From contig NW_021834932.1 of assembly GCF_006345805.1 (NCBI RefSeq), positions 1 through 58,499 of the forward strand: a stretch of DNA of 58,499 nt, in the 5' to 3' direction. A program made the position numbers and the translations under genes. How positions within the stretch are numbered: position 1 is the stretch's first letter; every line of letters starts with the position of its first letter. This DNA comes from Octopus sinensis (lineage: Eukaryota). Shown here in pieces: positions 24,872-39,562 of the stretch. The notes beneath the pieces are model-generated. The model saw only the letters and a list, made by a program, of their open reading frames with translations. It did no database searches and had not been told where the DNA came from.

Positions 24872-25289
24872 GTCAAAGGGGTTAATACCCATTATTTCTC
24901 TTCCCTTCCCATTACACATCCTTATCATCTTAGTTATCTCTCTTACAGACATCAGCTGAAATAAACAATCTCTTTCTCGAATTGCACACATACACACACA
25001 ACCATTTTAATGCCTTTTGTTACCATATTCCTGTTGAAATATATTGCTATCATTTTCATTAATTTAGAAACTAATGAAGCATTTAGTCAGATAACTGTCA
25101 TTATTAATTTAGTATTTCGAACATAAATTAAGTTTTGATGGAAGGTTTTAATTTAGATCACTTTAACCCTTTTGTTACCCTATTTCTGTTGAAATACACA
25201 GCATCCTAGAGGCCCAACTTTCGAAGGGTGCCTTTTATGTACCACTGGCACGAATGCCAGTTACAGGACACCAGCATTAGCCATGACTA

Positions 25290-25482
25290 CCATTTCACTG
25301 GGCTTGACGAGTTTTCTCAAGCACAGAAAATTACCAAAGGTTTTAATTACATGTCATCACCTCCATGAGACTCAACATCTGAAGATCGTGCTTCACCACC
25401 TCGTCCCATGTCTTCCTGGGTCTACCTCTTCCACAGGTTCCCTCCACAGTTAGAGACCAGCACTTCTTTACACAGCTTTCCT
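25290..25482 (-). pseudogene. RTE LINE ORF C-terminal fragment
   Basis: Reads EESCVKKCWSLTVEGTCGRGRPRKTWDEVVKHDLQMLSLMEVMTCN*NLW*FSVLEKTRQAQ*, with in-frame stops. Confidence 0.8.
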
Positions 25483-25529
25483 CGATCATCATCATCATCA
25501 TCATTGTTTAATATATATATATATATAAT

Positions 25530-25823
25530 GTGGAGGCGCAATGGCCCAGTGGTTAGGGCAGCGGACTCGCGGTCGCAGGATCGCGGTTTCGATTCCCAGA
25601 CCGGGCGTTGTGAGTGTTTATTGAGCGAAAACACCTAAAAAGTTTCACGACGCTCCGGCAGCGGGTGGTGGTGATCCCTGCTATACTCTTTCTCCCACTC
25701 TTTCTTCTGTTGGCCTGCTCGCTTAGCCAGAGGGGTGGCGTCATTCGAAGGCTAAAACGATGCAAACGCATCGTGACCAGCGATGTGTAACAGCATCTGA
25801 TGGTCTGGTCGGTCACGTGATCA
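25530..25823 (+). mobile_element. Family C SINE, tail type 2 (ends ggtcggtcacgtgatca)
   Basis: Same head as 21495 but a different 3' half; matched by 47450-47760 (-). Confidence 0.9.
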
Positions 25824-26312
25824 TATATATATATATATATATATATGAATACATACACATATATATAGAGAGAGATAGGCACAGAGACGTGTGTGTATAC
25901 ATGTATTTATTTTGCACAAATGTACTTGTATGAGTGGGTGTGTATATGTATGTATACATACACATATAAAATACAGAGATATATACTTACATAGGTATAT
26001 GTAAAAATATGCTCATATATATATACATACATGATTGTATTCATTATGTGTGCATACATAGTACAAATAAATGGGTCACAGAATAAATGAGCTCTGTATT
26101 GGAGATATAAAGTCACAAGGAGTGGCCATGGAGGAGGGGTGGCAACAAAACTCATTATTGTGTGGTGTGTGTGTGTGTGTGTGTGTGTGTCTACATTCAC
26201 CCCCGCCCCACATATATAATACATATATATATATATACCCGTATACATATATATGCATATATTTAAAAGTATATATACATATACACATTTATAAGTATAT
26301 ACACACACACAC

Positions 26313-26356
<44 letters not shown>

Positions 26357-27074
26357 CAAACAAATATATATGGCTGAAACAAGTAAAAGAGTAAAAGAGT
26401 AAGGAGTATACAAATCTATATATATCTATACATACATACATACCACACGTATACACACACACACAGGCATATACATGGACACACATACCATCACGTGCAC
26501 CTGCTGCATATCTATATATCTACACATGTATCAGAAACGAAGCAACAGAGGGGGGGGAAGGGGGGGGGGGTAAGTGGTTTTGATGCCAATGTCCATTTAC
26601 ACAATTCCTTAATATTTCATAAGATTAATGTTTAACAACAACAGCAGCAACAACGACAACAACAACAACTACAAATAAAAGGCCTCAATCACATGCTCCA
26701 TATTTATTCATCCCACGCACATTGGTTACCATGGAAAGAAGTGTTGTGTCCTTGAGAAGGACGCCAATAGCGTGACCTTGTCTTTTTTATTATTATTATT
26801 ATTATTATTTTCTTTATTTTATTTTATCGTTTTTTTTTTTTTCCTGGGCAGACAATATCCGCTTCAGCCAACCGTTATAGGGGTGATGTCGGTGTCGGTG
26901 ATGAATTGTGATTGGATAAAGGATGTGGGGGTGGAGAGTGGTACTTAAGGAGTTGGGGAAATGGCGAAACGGTTGCGTTGGTGGTCATGATGGCGGTCGT
27001 GGATGGTTGCGAGTTTGTCACGGTGTTGTGATGCTAATGCATCGGTTGTTCTTTTAAAAACGTGTATTATATAT

Positions 27075-27465
27075 AGGCGCAGGAGTGGCTGTGTGGTAAG
27101 TAGCTTGTCTACCAACCACATGGTTCCGGGTTCAGTCCCACTGCATGGCACCTTGCGCAAGTGTGTTCTAATATAGCCCCAGGCCGACCAAAGCTTTGTG
27201 AGTGCATTTGGTAGGCGGAAACTGAAAGAAGCCCGTCGTATATATGTATATATATGCGTGTGTGTGTGTTGTCTGTGTTTGTCCCCTAGCATTGCTTGAC
27301 AACCGATGCTGGTGTGTTTATGTCCCCGTAACTTAGCGGTTCAGCAAAAGAGACCGATAGAATAAGCACTGGGCTTACAAAAGAATAAGTCCCGGGGTCG
27401 AGTTGCTCGATTAAAGGCAGTGCTTCAGCATGGTCACAGTCAAATGACAGAAACAAGTAAAAGAG
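27075..27465 (+). mobile_element. Family A SINE
   Basis: Full copy. Confidence 0.9.
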
Positions 27466-27499
27466 TAGAAGAGAGTATAAAAGTGAAAGAGGTGTACAA

Positions 27500-27557
<58 letters not shown>

Positions 27558-28497
27558 TTACACAATTACATGTATGCCCCATGTGTCTTTCACACCCACA
27601 CAAACATACACATGAATACGCATACAAATACACGCATACATACATACATAAATACACGCATATATACACATATATATATACCCCGTCTGTCTTTTTCTCT
27701 GTCTCTCTTGCACCCAAACATACATGTCTCCTTTCTCATGGATACACACCCACCCATATGCCTTTTTCTCACACTCCCACACAGGGTCTTACTCTCTCTC
27801 ACACACACACATTGCCTTTCTCACACACACGCATGTTGCTTCCTACATATACACATTGCCTCCTCCCCCGCACACACATTGCCTCACACACACACACACA
27901 CACACACACAACACACACACACGATGGCTCCTACCCACATCCATGTTGCCTCCTACACACACATTGCCTCTTCCACACACACACAATCTCCCACACGCGC
28001 ACACTGCCTGCCCCCCACACACACACATTGCTTTTTTTATCCTACAGACACACACACATACATGGACACATTTCTTCTCGCTCTTCCACACCCACACCCA
28101 CACACAAATACATACATGCACCCTCCCACACACATGCACTCATGTAGTGGCTTACATAGACACAACCATCTACACAACACCTTGACTAACTCCACACACA
28201 CACACACACACAATGCACAAACATATACAATGCCTTAGACACACAGACTTCTCACACACATATGCCTTACACATACACACGACTGTCCACAGTATGTTAT
28301 GCATACACACATACACACACACAAACATAACTAGATGCTCATACACAAACAAAGAGGGAGGGAGGGAGGAAGAGGAGGAAAAGGTTTGATGTCAAATAAG
28401 TCGGCAGTGAATTTTGGTGCTAAGTTACGGGGACATAAACACACCGTCATCGTTTGTCAAGCGATGTAGGAGGGGGGGGACAAACACAGACACACAA

Positions 28498-28528
<31 letters not shown>

Positions 28529-28643
28529 CATGATCCGGTTCTTGACTGAAGATCGAAGGCTTCGAATGTCCCGTCTGTGTTTTTTGTATTGTCTTCTAAA
28601 TGTTTTGCGTCTTGTCCCAGTTTGTATTTTTTACATATACTTA

Positions 28644-28683
<40 letters not shown>

Positions 28684-29834
28684 CGGGCTTCTTTCAGTTT
28701 CCATCTACCAAATCGACTCAGAAGGCTTTGGTCGGCCCAAGGCTATAGTAGAAGACACTTGCCCAAGGTGCCACGCAGTGGGGCTGAACCCGGAACCGTG
28801 TGGTTGGTAAGCAAGCTACTTACCACACAGCCACTCCTGAGCCCGGAAACAAACTTTAATGAAAAGTTTTAATTTAGATCACTTTAACCCTTTAGTTACC
28901 ATATTTTGCTGAAATACGCTGCCTTTGATACAATTAAGCTAGAAAACAAAGAATTTAGTAAAATAACTCATTATCAAGATGACGTTTGGAGCATGAATTA
29001 ACCTGGAATTTTGTTGGTAGGTTTTAATTCAGAACACATTCAGACAGGAAGTTTATATATTTCCCATTATACATCCTTATCGTCTCGGTCATCTCTCTGA
29101 TCAGCTGAGTCATTTTAATAAATAATGGCCTTCAAATTAAACACACTACCATTTTAACGCCTTTTGTTGGCATAGTTCTGTTGAAATATATTGTCTATGT
29201 TGCAATTAATTTTGAAATTGAAGAATTATTAATCTGACATTTGGAAGATAAATTTGCATAAAATTTTGATGGAAGGTTAATCATCATCATCATCATCATC
29301 GTTTAGCATCTGCTTTCCATGCTAGCATGGGTTGGACGGTTCAACTGGGGTCTGGGATGCCAGAAGGCTGCACCAGTCTGATCTGGCAATGTTTCTACGG
29401 CTGGATGTCCTTCCTAACGCCAACCACTCCGTGAGTGTAGTGGGTGCTTTTTACGTGCCACTGGCACAGGTGCCAGATGAGGCTGGCAAACGGCCACGAT
29501 CGGATGGTGCTTTTTACATGCCACCGGCACGAGGCCAGTCAGGGCAGCACTGGCAACGGCCATGTTCAGATGGTTCTCTTACATACCACCGGCACTGGTA
29601 TCACAGCTGCAATTTCCATTGATGTTAATCGATTTCGATAACAAATATGTACTTTTAAAACATTGTCATTTTATAAGATTGTGCTGGCAAATTTTAAATT
29701 GTACATGAAAGAAAATTACAGGAGAACTTTCATCTAATTCTTCCAAATCTTTCTGGTAAAAGAATATTGAAACCATTTGTGGATTGAAACCATTTTTTAT
29801 CACAACTGATCACACACCACAAGGTTTAACAGAA

Positions 29835-30068
29835 CCTATTTCTTTACTACCCACAAGGGGCTAAACACAGAGAGGACAAACAAGGAGAGACAAACGGATT
29901 AAGTTGATTATATCGACCCCAGTGCGTAACTGGTACTTATTTAATCGACCCCGAAAGGATGAAAGGCAAAGTCGACCTCGGCAGAATTTGAACTCAGAAC
30001 GTAGTGGCAGACGAAATACCGCTAAGCTTTTCGTCTGGCGTGCTAACGATTCTGCCAGCTCGCCTTTA
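29835..30068 (-). mobile_element. Family B SINE
   Basis: Reverse complement of the 15800 and 39563 unit. Confidence 0.85.
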
Positions 30069-30193
30069 AGGTTTAACAGAACCTACTGAAACAAACCAGC
30101 AGAATTGCCACATTACCACAGGCGTTAGATTTTTTTAAAAAACCTTTTTAAAACTATTTCTCTTAAAATACACTATCTTTCTTTCAATTTATT

Positions 30194-31105
30194 TTAACCC
30201 TTTCATTACCAACCTGGCTGATACCGGCTCTGGCTCTGAGTACAAATGTCTTGTTTTCATAAGTTTTGAATTAAAATCTTCCACCAAACCTTAGTCACAA
30301 TTTATGTTTCTAACACTAGCTTCATGATAACTAAGTTATTTTACTAATTTCTTTGTTATATTTAAAGTAATTGAAAGAAACACAGAGCATCTCAACAGAA
30401 ATATGGTAACAAAAGGGTTAATTTTTTTCACTCTGTGGAATTTATCCCACAGCTCCCATTAATATTGATGTTGAAGATATGAAAGGTGAGAGGACCTCAA
30501 CAGCATAAAATCATTCTTTCTTTCTTAAATAGCTTCTCTTAACCCTTTTGATACCAACCCAGCTGAAACTGGCTCTGAGTACAAATGTCTTGTTTTCATA
30601 AGTTTTGAATTAAAATCTTCCACCAAACCTTAGTCACAATTTATGTTCATAACACCAGCTGATGATAACTAAGTTATTTTACTAAAATCTTTTTTATATT
30701 TAAAATTAATTGAAAGAGACCCAGAGCATCTCAACAGAAATATGGTAACAAAAGGGTTAATCTTTTTTGCTCTGTGAAATTTCCACAGGTCCCATTAATA
30801 TTGATGTTGAAGATATGAAAGGTGAAGATGACCTCAGCAGCAATAAAATCATTCTTTCTTCCTTAAATACCTTCTCTTAACCCTTTCGTTACCAACCCGG
30901 CTGAAACCGGCTCTGGTTCTTTAGTATAAATATCTTGTTTTCATAAGTTTTAAATTAAAATCTTCCACCAAACCTTAGTTACAATTTATGTTCCTAACAC
31001 TAGCTTAATGATAACTAAATTATTTTACAAAATTCTTTGTTAAATTTAAAATAACTGAAAGAAACACAGAGCATCTCAAAATAAATACAGTAATGAACGG
31101 GTTAA
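30194..31105. mobile_element. Three piggyBac-like MITEs (TTAA|CCCTT...AAGGG|TTAA) alternating with two copies of a ~117-bp spacer
   Basis: MITEs at 30194-30421, 30539-30760 and 30877-31105; homologous spacers at 30422-30538 and 30761-30876. Confidence 0.85.
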
Positions 31106-31724
31106 AAATAAAGAATTTAGTAAAATAATTTGGTTATTAGGATGATGCCTGCAACATAAATTAACATGAAATTTTCATAGAAGGGCTTCATCTAGATCAC
31201 TTTAACACTTTTGTTACCATATTTCTACTTAAATACACTACCTGTGTTTCAATTAGATTTGAAAATAACAAGGAATTTAGTTAACAATACTACCAATGCC
31301 ATTACAACCACCTGTCTAAGGTAAAGTAATAATGCCCCATCAACCAACACCCCTTCCTTCAAACCACCAAATTTAAAATGTAACCAAACCTCACAAAGGA
31401 ATCACTGATGCATAAAAATGCCAGGAATTCCACTTGAGAGAATAGAATTTCAAACCAAGAATTTAATTGACATACATACTGCAACACATGAAGGAAAGAG
31501 CCTCTGAGTGACCTCTCAGCCAGCTAGAAATAGCAGTAAGTTTTTTTTTTTAACCCTTTCATTACCAACCCGACCGAAACCGGCTTTGGCTTTGAGCACA
31601 AATGTCTTGTTTTCAAAAGTTCTGAATTAAAATCTTCCACCAAACCTTAGTCACAGTTTATGTTCCTAATACTAGCTTAATGATAACTGAGTTATTTTAC
31701 TAAATTTTTGTTATACTCCCTTTT

Positions 31725-32113
31725 TACTCTTACTTGTTTCAGTCATTTGACTGTGGCCATGCTGGAGCACCGACTTTAGTCGAGCAACTCGACCCCGGTA
31801 CTTATTCTTTGTAAGCCCAGTACTTATTCTATCGGTCTCTTTTGCCGAACCGCTAAGTGACAGGGACATAAACACACCAGCATCGGTTGTCAAGCAATGC
31901 TAGGGGGACAAACACAGACACACAAACATACACATATATATATACATATATACAATGGCTTCTTTCAGTTTCCGTCTACCAAATCCACTCACAAGGCTTT
32001 GGTCAGCTTGACGGTATAGTAGAAGACACTTGCCCAAGGAGCCATGCAGTGGGACTGAACCTGGAACCATGTGGTTGGTAAACAAGCTACTTACCACACA
32101 ACCACTCCTGCGC
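31725..32113 (-). mobile_element. Family A SINE
   Basis: Full reverse copy, inserted in a TTAACCCT MITE (31550-32175). Confidence 0.85.
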
Positions 32114-32869
32114 TTATATTTAAACTTAATTGAAAGAAACACAGGGCATCTCAAAATAAATACAGTAACGGTTAAATATATGTCATCTAAAAGCATGTAG
32201 TAATAATGGATGTACAATGATTAAAAACAAAAATTTCTAAGGGATGGTCAAAACTGGAATGCTTAATTAGGCCTGCTTAATTAGGACAAAGCTGCAATTA
32301 AACAATAACATGAAAATGTAAAAGAAAAAAACAGCTTTGATAATTATGATGGTTTCAAATTTTGACACAAGGCCAGCAGCTTTTGAGGGGATGGGGAAAT
32401 TGGTTACATCAATCCCATTTCTCAACTGGTATTTATTTCATGAAGGCGGCGAGCTGGACCCTTTGGAATTGGTGTGGGGGAGGGGGGGCTAAGGACTACT
32501 CCAGCTTCCTGCCCAGAAATATTGGATTTGAAAATGGATGGGTTTGAAACCCTCCCAAATTTGTATTCCCAATGAAATAACAAGGAACGAGATTTATTAA
32601 ACACTAATTCTCTGCCTAAATGTGTAGACCTTGTAAATATGTACGAAATTATTAGGGCTTTTCTCAGTTTTTGACACCCATTCTCTTTCCCTTTTCTACA
32701 AAAAAAATTTCTACAAATAATTCTTCAACCTTCAAAATATCCACAACATTTGATTACCACACACCACCACTGACAAAGTGTGTGTGTAGAGGGGGAGAGA
32801 GAGAGAGAGAGAGAGAAAGAAAGAAATATTAGTGTAGGATAGCAGGATTACGGTAATAATGATGACAAT

Positions 32870-33242
32870 AATGGCCCAGTGGTTAAGGTAGTGGATGCGC
32901 GGTGGTAGGATTGCAGTTTCAATTCCCAGACCGGGCGTTGCAAGTGTTTATTGAGCGAAAACACCTAAAGCCCCACGAGGCTCCAGCAGGGGCTGGTGGC
33001 AACCCTGCTGTACTCTTTCACCATAACTTTCTCTCATTCCTTCTTCCTGTTTCTGTTGTACCTGTATTTCAAAGGGCCAGCCTTGTCACACACTGTGTCA
33101 CGCTGAATCTCCCCGAGAACTACGTTAAGGGGTACACGTGTCTGTGGAGCGCTCAGCCACTTGCACGTTAATTTCACGAGCAGCAGGCTGTTCCGTTGAT
33201 CGGATCAACTGGAACCCCCGTCGCCGTAACCAACGGAGTGCC
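32870..33242 (+). mobile_element. Family C SINE, tail type 1
   Basis: Match to the 21495 copy. Confidence 0.85.
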
Positions 33243-33659
33243 AGAGAGAGAAATGATAATGACAGAGATGATGATAATGATGTTTTTCTGGAGGTTGGTT
33301 ACTATGAAACTTTGTACTTACGGGTAACTTGTACATATTCAAAGAGATAAGAGTTAGTGTAGCCAATGAGCCATCTCGACCCTGAAAAATAGATTATTAT
33401 ATAACATAGTAATATAATATATATATACACACACACAAAAATATATACATACATTATATAACATATACAATCAATAGATTCATGTAAGAAGCATAAACAA
33501 ACAAAAACTGTACTTCAAGAAGCAAAACAATTTTAAAAGATTAACGACATTTAAATGAAAAGTTCCACTTGTTTTTGCTTCTTTAGTTTGTTTGAAAAGA
33601 TTACAATGATTCCTTCAATGTGTCTGAGAATTTCCAGTAATCTTTTTTTTTATACTATT

Positions 33660-33989
33660 TTACTCCTATTTGTTTAAGTCATTTGACAGTGGCCATGCTG
33701 GGGCACCGCCTTTAATCAAGCAAATCGACCCCAGGACTTATGCCGAACTGCCAAGCTACGGGTCGCAAACACACCAGCATCGGTTGTCAAGCGATGTTGG
33801 GGGGACAAACACAGACACACAAACATATACATATATATATTCGACAGGCTTCTTTCAGTTTCCATCTACCAAATCCACTCACAAGGCTTTGGTCAACCCA
33901 AAGCTTTAGTAGAAGACACTTGCCCAAGGAGCCATGCAGTGGGACTGAAACTGGAGCCATGTGGTTGGTAAGCAACCACTCCTGCGCCT
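33660..33989 (-). mobile_element. Family A SINE
   Basis: Reverse copy with deletions. Confidence 0.85.
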
Positions 33990-34699
33990 ATATATATATA
34001 TATTTGTATAGTTTAAGATCCAATACAAATAGAATCAACAAAAATTTATATATATATATATATATATAAATTTAAAAACACACCAATTTAAATACACAAT
34101 TGAGAAAGCTAATAGTTTCATGCTTTTATGATACTTAACATGCATGCTTATAAAATACACTATGGTGAACTCTCTCAGACAACAAATGGGGGTTCCGCAA
34201 TTTCTTGAACAATCTTCACAAAGGATTTGTTTATAATGATCAAATGTTTGTGCAGCACATTAGATCTCACTCACTCCAAATTTACAAAACCAGAATCTGA
34301 TGAATGTGACTGCAACATCCTAACCAATAGACCATATGCCCTTGTGTATATAGAGCATTAAGGGACTTTATTCTAATTTACTCCTCTAAGTTCCTCACAT
34401 ATAAATATGTTTTTAAAACTATTACCTGAAGAGCCCTTACTATGCAAAACTCAGAGTATCAAGTAAATTACATTGGATTTCTCAACATGAATTTGTCCAT
34501 TTACTGGAACCAGTAAAACACTGTGTGCATATACATTTATGTATGTGTGTGTGTGTGTGTGTGCATGTATGTGTGTGTTGTGAGTGCACGTGAGTGTGCA
34601 TGTGTATGAGTGTGCATCTGTGTGAGTGCCTGTGAATGTGCCTGTGTGTGTAAGTGTGCATGTGTATGTGAGAGTACGTGAATGTGTAAGTGCATGTGT

Positions 34700-35212
34700 G
34701 TATGCATGAGTGCATGCATGTGTTAGAGTGCATGCGTGTGTGAGAGTGCATGTGAGTGAGTGGGTGTGTTAGTGAGTGTGTGAGTGCGTGAGTGAGTGTG
34801 CGAGTGAGTGCGTGCATATGTGTGCATGCATGCATGTGTGAGTGAGTGCATGTAGGTGCAAGTGTGAGTGAGTGCAAGTGTGAGTGAGTGCATGTGAGTG
34901 CAAGTGTGAGTGAGTGCATGTAGGTGCAAGTGTGAGTGAGTGGATGTAGGTGCAAGTGTGAGTGAGTGCATATGGGTGCAAGTGTGAGTGAGTGCATATG
35001 GGTGCAAGTGTGAGTGAGTGCATATGGGTGCAAGTGTGAGTGAGTGCATGTGGGTGCAAGTGTGAGTAAGTGCGTGAGTGAGTGAGTGCATGTGTGAGTG
35101 AGTGCAAGTGTGAGTGAGTGCAAGTGTGAGTGAGTGCAAGTGTGAGTGAGTGAGTGCAAGTGTGAGTGTGAGTGAGTGCAAGTGTGAGTGAGTGTGTGCA
35201 TGTGTGAGTGAG
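34700..35212. repeat. (GTGA)n/GTGCAA minisatellite, ~26-bp period in part
   Basis: gtgcaagtgtgagtgagtgcatatgg units. Confidence 0.9.
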
Positions 35213-35859
35213 CTTAATAATAACTAAATTATTTCACTCACTTCTTTGTCATATTTAAAATTAATTGAAAGGAACACAGAGCATCTTCAACAGAAATATG
35301 GTAACAAAAGGGTTAAAGGCACATGGCATGGGGGTTTGGACTATTCAGCTCACAATCATAAAGTTGTGAGTTTGATCCCTGGCAGTACAGTGTGTCCTTG
35401 AGCAAGACACTTTATTTCTCATTGCTCCAAGTCCACTCAGCTGGCAACAAGTTGTTCCTATAATTCAAAGGACCAGCCTTTACACATTCTGTGTCATGCC
35501 GGATCTCCTTGAGAACTGTGTTAAGAGTACACATGCCTGTGGTGCGCTCAGCCACTTGCACTTTGATTTCACTCGATTAGAACAATTGGAACCTTTGTCG
35601 ATGTCACAGAGTGTCAGTTAACCTTTTAAATGCTAATTTAGATTTTGCTACAAACATGTAATGAAGGTTTTATGAATATCAACAAATATATTAACTGATA
35701 ATGTTTGTACTCTGTTGATATCATAAGCAAACAAATTCTCAACATAATTATTTTCAGATAAGATCGCTGATGACAAAGCAATAAGTTACCATGGTAAGGT
35801 TATAGGAAAAGTGGTTTCGAGAAAAAAAGAGTGAGGTTTAGACCCAAGAAGCTATGACT

Positions 35860-36050
35860 GAAGTAAATAAACACCAAAGAAGAGGAGGTAACAATAAACA
35901 AAATATCATCTGGTTCAACCCCTATGCAGTTTAAATGTGAATTCTTCTTTGATGGCACAAAACTTTCCAAATTTGATTGCAAAATATCCTTTTTCTGGGA
36001 CAACAGTTCGTAAAGCTCTTCAATTTGTACAATGTGAAAGTAAATGTACA
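35860..36050 (+). pseudogene. Penelope-like element pol fragment
   Basis: Frameshifted NKQNIIWFNP/CSLNV...NFPNLIAKY/KLFNLYNVKV resembles the PLE motif RNIIWFNPPFSKNV..KFLNLIDKHF..HKIFNRNTVKVSYSC (recalled, not searched). Confidence 0.7.
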
Positions 36051-36798
36051 TCTGTTACATGGCTACGAGCGGATGAAAGAAGATAAGGAGAGGAGGGAAA
36101 GAGAGTGTGAGAATGAGAGGGGAGGAGAGGAAGAAGGGAAGAGAGCTGAGGGAGAGGATGGAGATGAGAGGGAGGGTGGGGAGGGAAAAAACGAACCAGG
36201 GGTGGAGGACGGTCAAGAGAGGAGGGAAGGAGAAAGATGGACAAGGGAGAGGAAGAAGATAGGGAAGATGGGGGGAAGGGAGATGGGAAGAGAGGGAGGG
36301 AGGAGGGATTAGAGGAAGATAAGGGAAGAAGAATGGAGATGGGAAAAGAGGGGAGGGGAGAGGGGGAGATCTGGGAGGGGGGAGATGGGAAGAGAGGGGA
36401 ATACAAATAGCCATTTATACACAAACACAGGCTTATACAGATAGACAAAGGCAGACACAAATATGCATGCACATATACATGTATGCATACACACACACAT
36501 ACATACATACACACACAAACATGAACAGAGACATAAAGACACACATACACACACCTACATACATACACACACACACGTCCACAGACAAATATCAGCATAT
36601 ACAGATAGACATGATTACATGCACACACACGCACAGGTTTCAGGAAACCAGTTGAGATGTCTCCTTTTGTTGTTGGTTTAATGGACTTTATGTTAACATT
36701 AGCACAGGACATTCCACTGCCTGCTCCTCCTATAACACACCTACACATACAAACATACATAAAATCCACACACACACACACACAAAGGATATAGAGAT

Positions 36799-36883
<85 letters not shown>

Positions 36884-36959
36884 TATCTTGAGATGATAAC
36901 AATGATATATGTATGTATATATATATATATATTTTTGTGATGATGATGATATATATCGT

Positions 36960-37677
36960 GATGATTATATATCATCATCGATTAACATCCGCTTTCCATG
37001 GGTTGGACGGTTTGATTGAGGGCTGGTGAGCCATAAGGGTGCACCAGGCTCCAATCTAATCTGGCAGAGTCTCTAACAGCTGGATGCACTTCCTAATGCC
37101 AACTACTCCGAGAGTATAGTGGGTGATTTTACGTGCCTCTGGCACGAGGGCCAGTCAGGCGATACTGGCAACGACCACGCTCAAAAGGTGTTTTTTATGT
37201 GCCACCTGCACAGGAGCCAGTCCAGCTCCACTGGCAATGACCTCGCTCGAATGTTGTCTTTCATGTGCCACCGGCACAAGTGCCAGTAAGCCGACACTGG
37301 TAACAATCACACTTGAATGTTGCTTTTTATTTGCCACCACTACAGGAGCCACTCAGCAGCCCGGGTAACGATCACATTCGGATGGTGCTCTTAGTGCTCT
37401 ACTACCACAGATGCCAGTCAAGCAGTGCTGTCATCGAATTTGATTTCGATTTTCACTTGCCTCAACAGGTCTTCACAAGCAGAGTTTAGTGACCAATGAA
37501 GGAAAAGGTACGCATAAGTGGACTGGTTACACCCCCGGCATAGGCCATGGGCTATGGTCTCCCTTGGCTTGCTGGGTCTTCTCAAGCACAGCATATTTCC
37601 AAAGGTCTCAGTCACTAGCCATTGCCTCAGTGAGGCCCATGTTCGAAGGTCGTACTTCACCACCTCATCCCAGGTCC
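36960..37677 (-). mobile_element. Family E RTE 3' fragment
   Basis: Starts ggacctgggatgaggtggtgaag and ends ...gttaatcgatgatga. Confidence 0.85.
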
Positions 37678-37688
37678 TATATATATAT

Positions 37689-37746
<58 letters not shown>

Positions 37747-37752
37747 TGTATG

Positions 37753-37802
<50 letters not shown>

Positions 37803-37808
37803 TGTATG

Positions 37809-37861
<53 letters not shown>

Positions 37862-38437
37862 GAGAGAGAGATATGTATATATATCTTTGTGATAATGATT
37901 ATATATATACATATATCTAACAAAACCTATATGCACACATACTTCAAATAACAGACATGCATATATACACACACCTACACACATGCAAATACACACAATC
38001 ACACAAACACTTAACTACACATAACTGCATACACACACGTACACACACACACAACTACACACACATGTATATATCCAAATCTCCTCCCTACTATATACAT
38101 ACTGTAACAAACATACCATAAAAAACAACTGTAAAATAGTGCACCAGGTATGTTGGGTGGAGGTGTGAAGGTGAATTTATTGTTATATAATTTATTATTA
38201 TTATTATTATAATTATATCATTAGTGGTGGTATTGGTGTGGGAAAAAATGGCTTTGTATGAGCGTGTGACAGAGAGTGCAGTGTTATATAATTTGTAAAT
38301 ACCTAAGCACATACATACATCCATACATGCACACACACACACACACACACACATACATAGATATATATACATTCATATGCAGATGAGCTTATATACATAC
38401 AAACTTACATATAGACACTCCTACACACACGCATATA

Positions 38438-38495
<58 letters not shown>

Positions 38496-38630
38496 CACAT
38501 ACATACACACATATATAAACATTCATACACTCACACACATATATATATACATATATAGAGAAACTTATACATACACACACACACAAACATATATATATAT
38601 ATATATATAGACACTTATACATACACACAC

Positions 38631-38661
<31 letters not shown>

Positions 38662-38772
38662 GACACTTATACATATACACACACATATATATACATATAT
38701 ATATATATATACACTTATACATATACACACACATATATATACATATATATAGACACTTATACATACACACAC

Positions 38773-38803
<31 letters not shown>

Positions 38804-39562
38804 CATATATATATATACATATACATATACATATATATATATATATAGACACTTATACATACACACACATATATATATATAGACACTTATACATACACAC
38901 ACATATATATATAGACACTTATACATACAACACACACATATATATATATATATATATAATATATATAGCCAAACCACTACCCCCACTCCTGCTCCTTCAG
39001 AAAATAACAAATGCCAAAAATATCAAAAAAATAATAGAAAAAAAACACAATCTTCCCATGATTGGTTTATTTAGAAAAATTAATTGCACGCAACAGACAG
39101 ACACCATCAACACCACTGCTCCAAGTTCCCCCACCACCAGTATCACCACCAATCCAAAATTCTCTCTCCAGCCCCACCACCCTCTGAATTCTCTCACCGC
39201 CACCACCACCACCATCCAAATTCTCTCACCACCCTCCAAGTTCCCCCCCACCAACAGGCAGCTAAACACTGATGGGTCTTGGGAAGAATAAATATTTTTG
39301 TTATTGGTTAATGCAGTGGGTTAATGCGTTTGTTGTCGGGTCATCGCTAAACACTTCGGTTGGCGGTAGTGGAGATGGTGGTGGTGTCCTTTTTTTTTAA
39401 CCCTAGGTTCAGGTCAGTCCTGGTACAGCAAGCCTTTAACAGATCAATCACAATTCAGCTGTCTTCTACCAACCTGTCTATAATTTCAGACATTAGATAG
39501 TGGATGAGAGCATTTGATACTTTTATCTATTGGAACACCTGTTGACAGGTGTAGAAACAGGT

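Noticed and set aside
28541-28575. Hammerhead at CTGAAGA..CTTCGAATGTC
   Set aside because: Helices I and III cannot be formed canonically; counted only as a PLE-like repeat.
35759-35794. 36-nt plus-strand micro-exon (ttttcag|ATAAG...CATG|gtaagg)
   Set aside because: Good sites but isolated, adjacent to a PLE remnant, with no partner exons.
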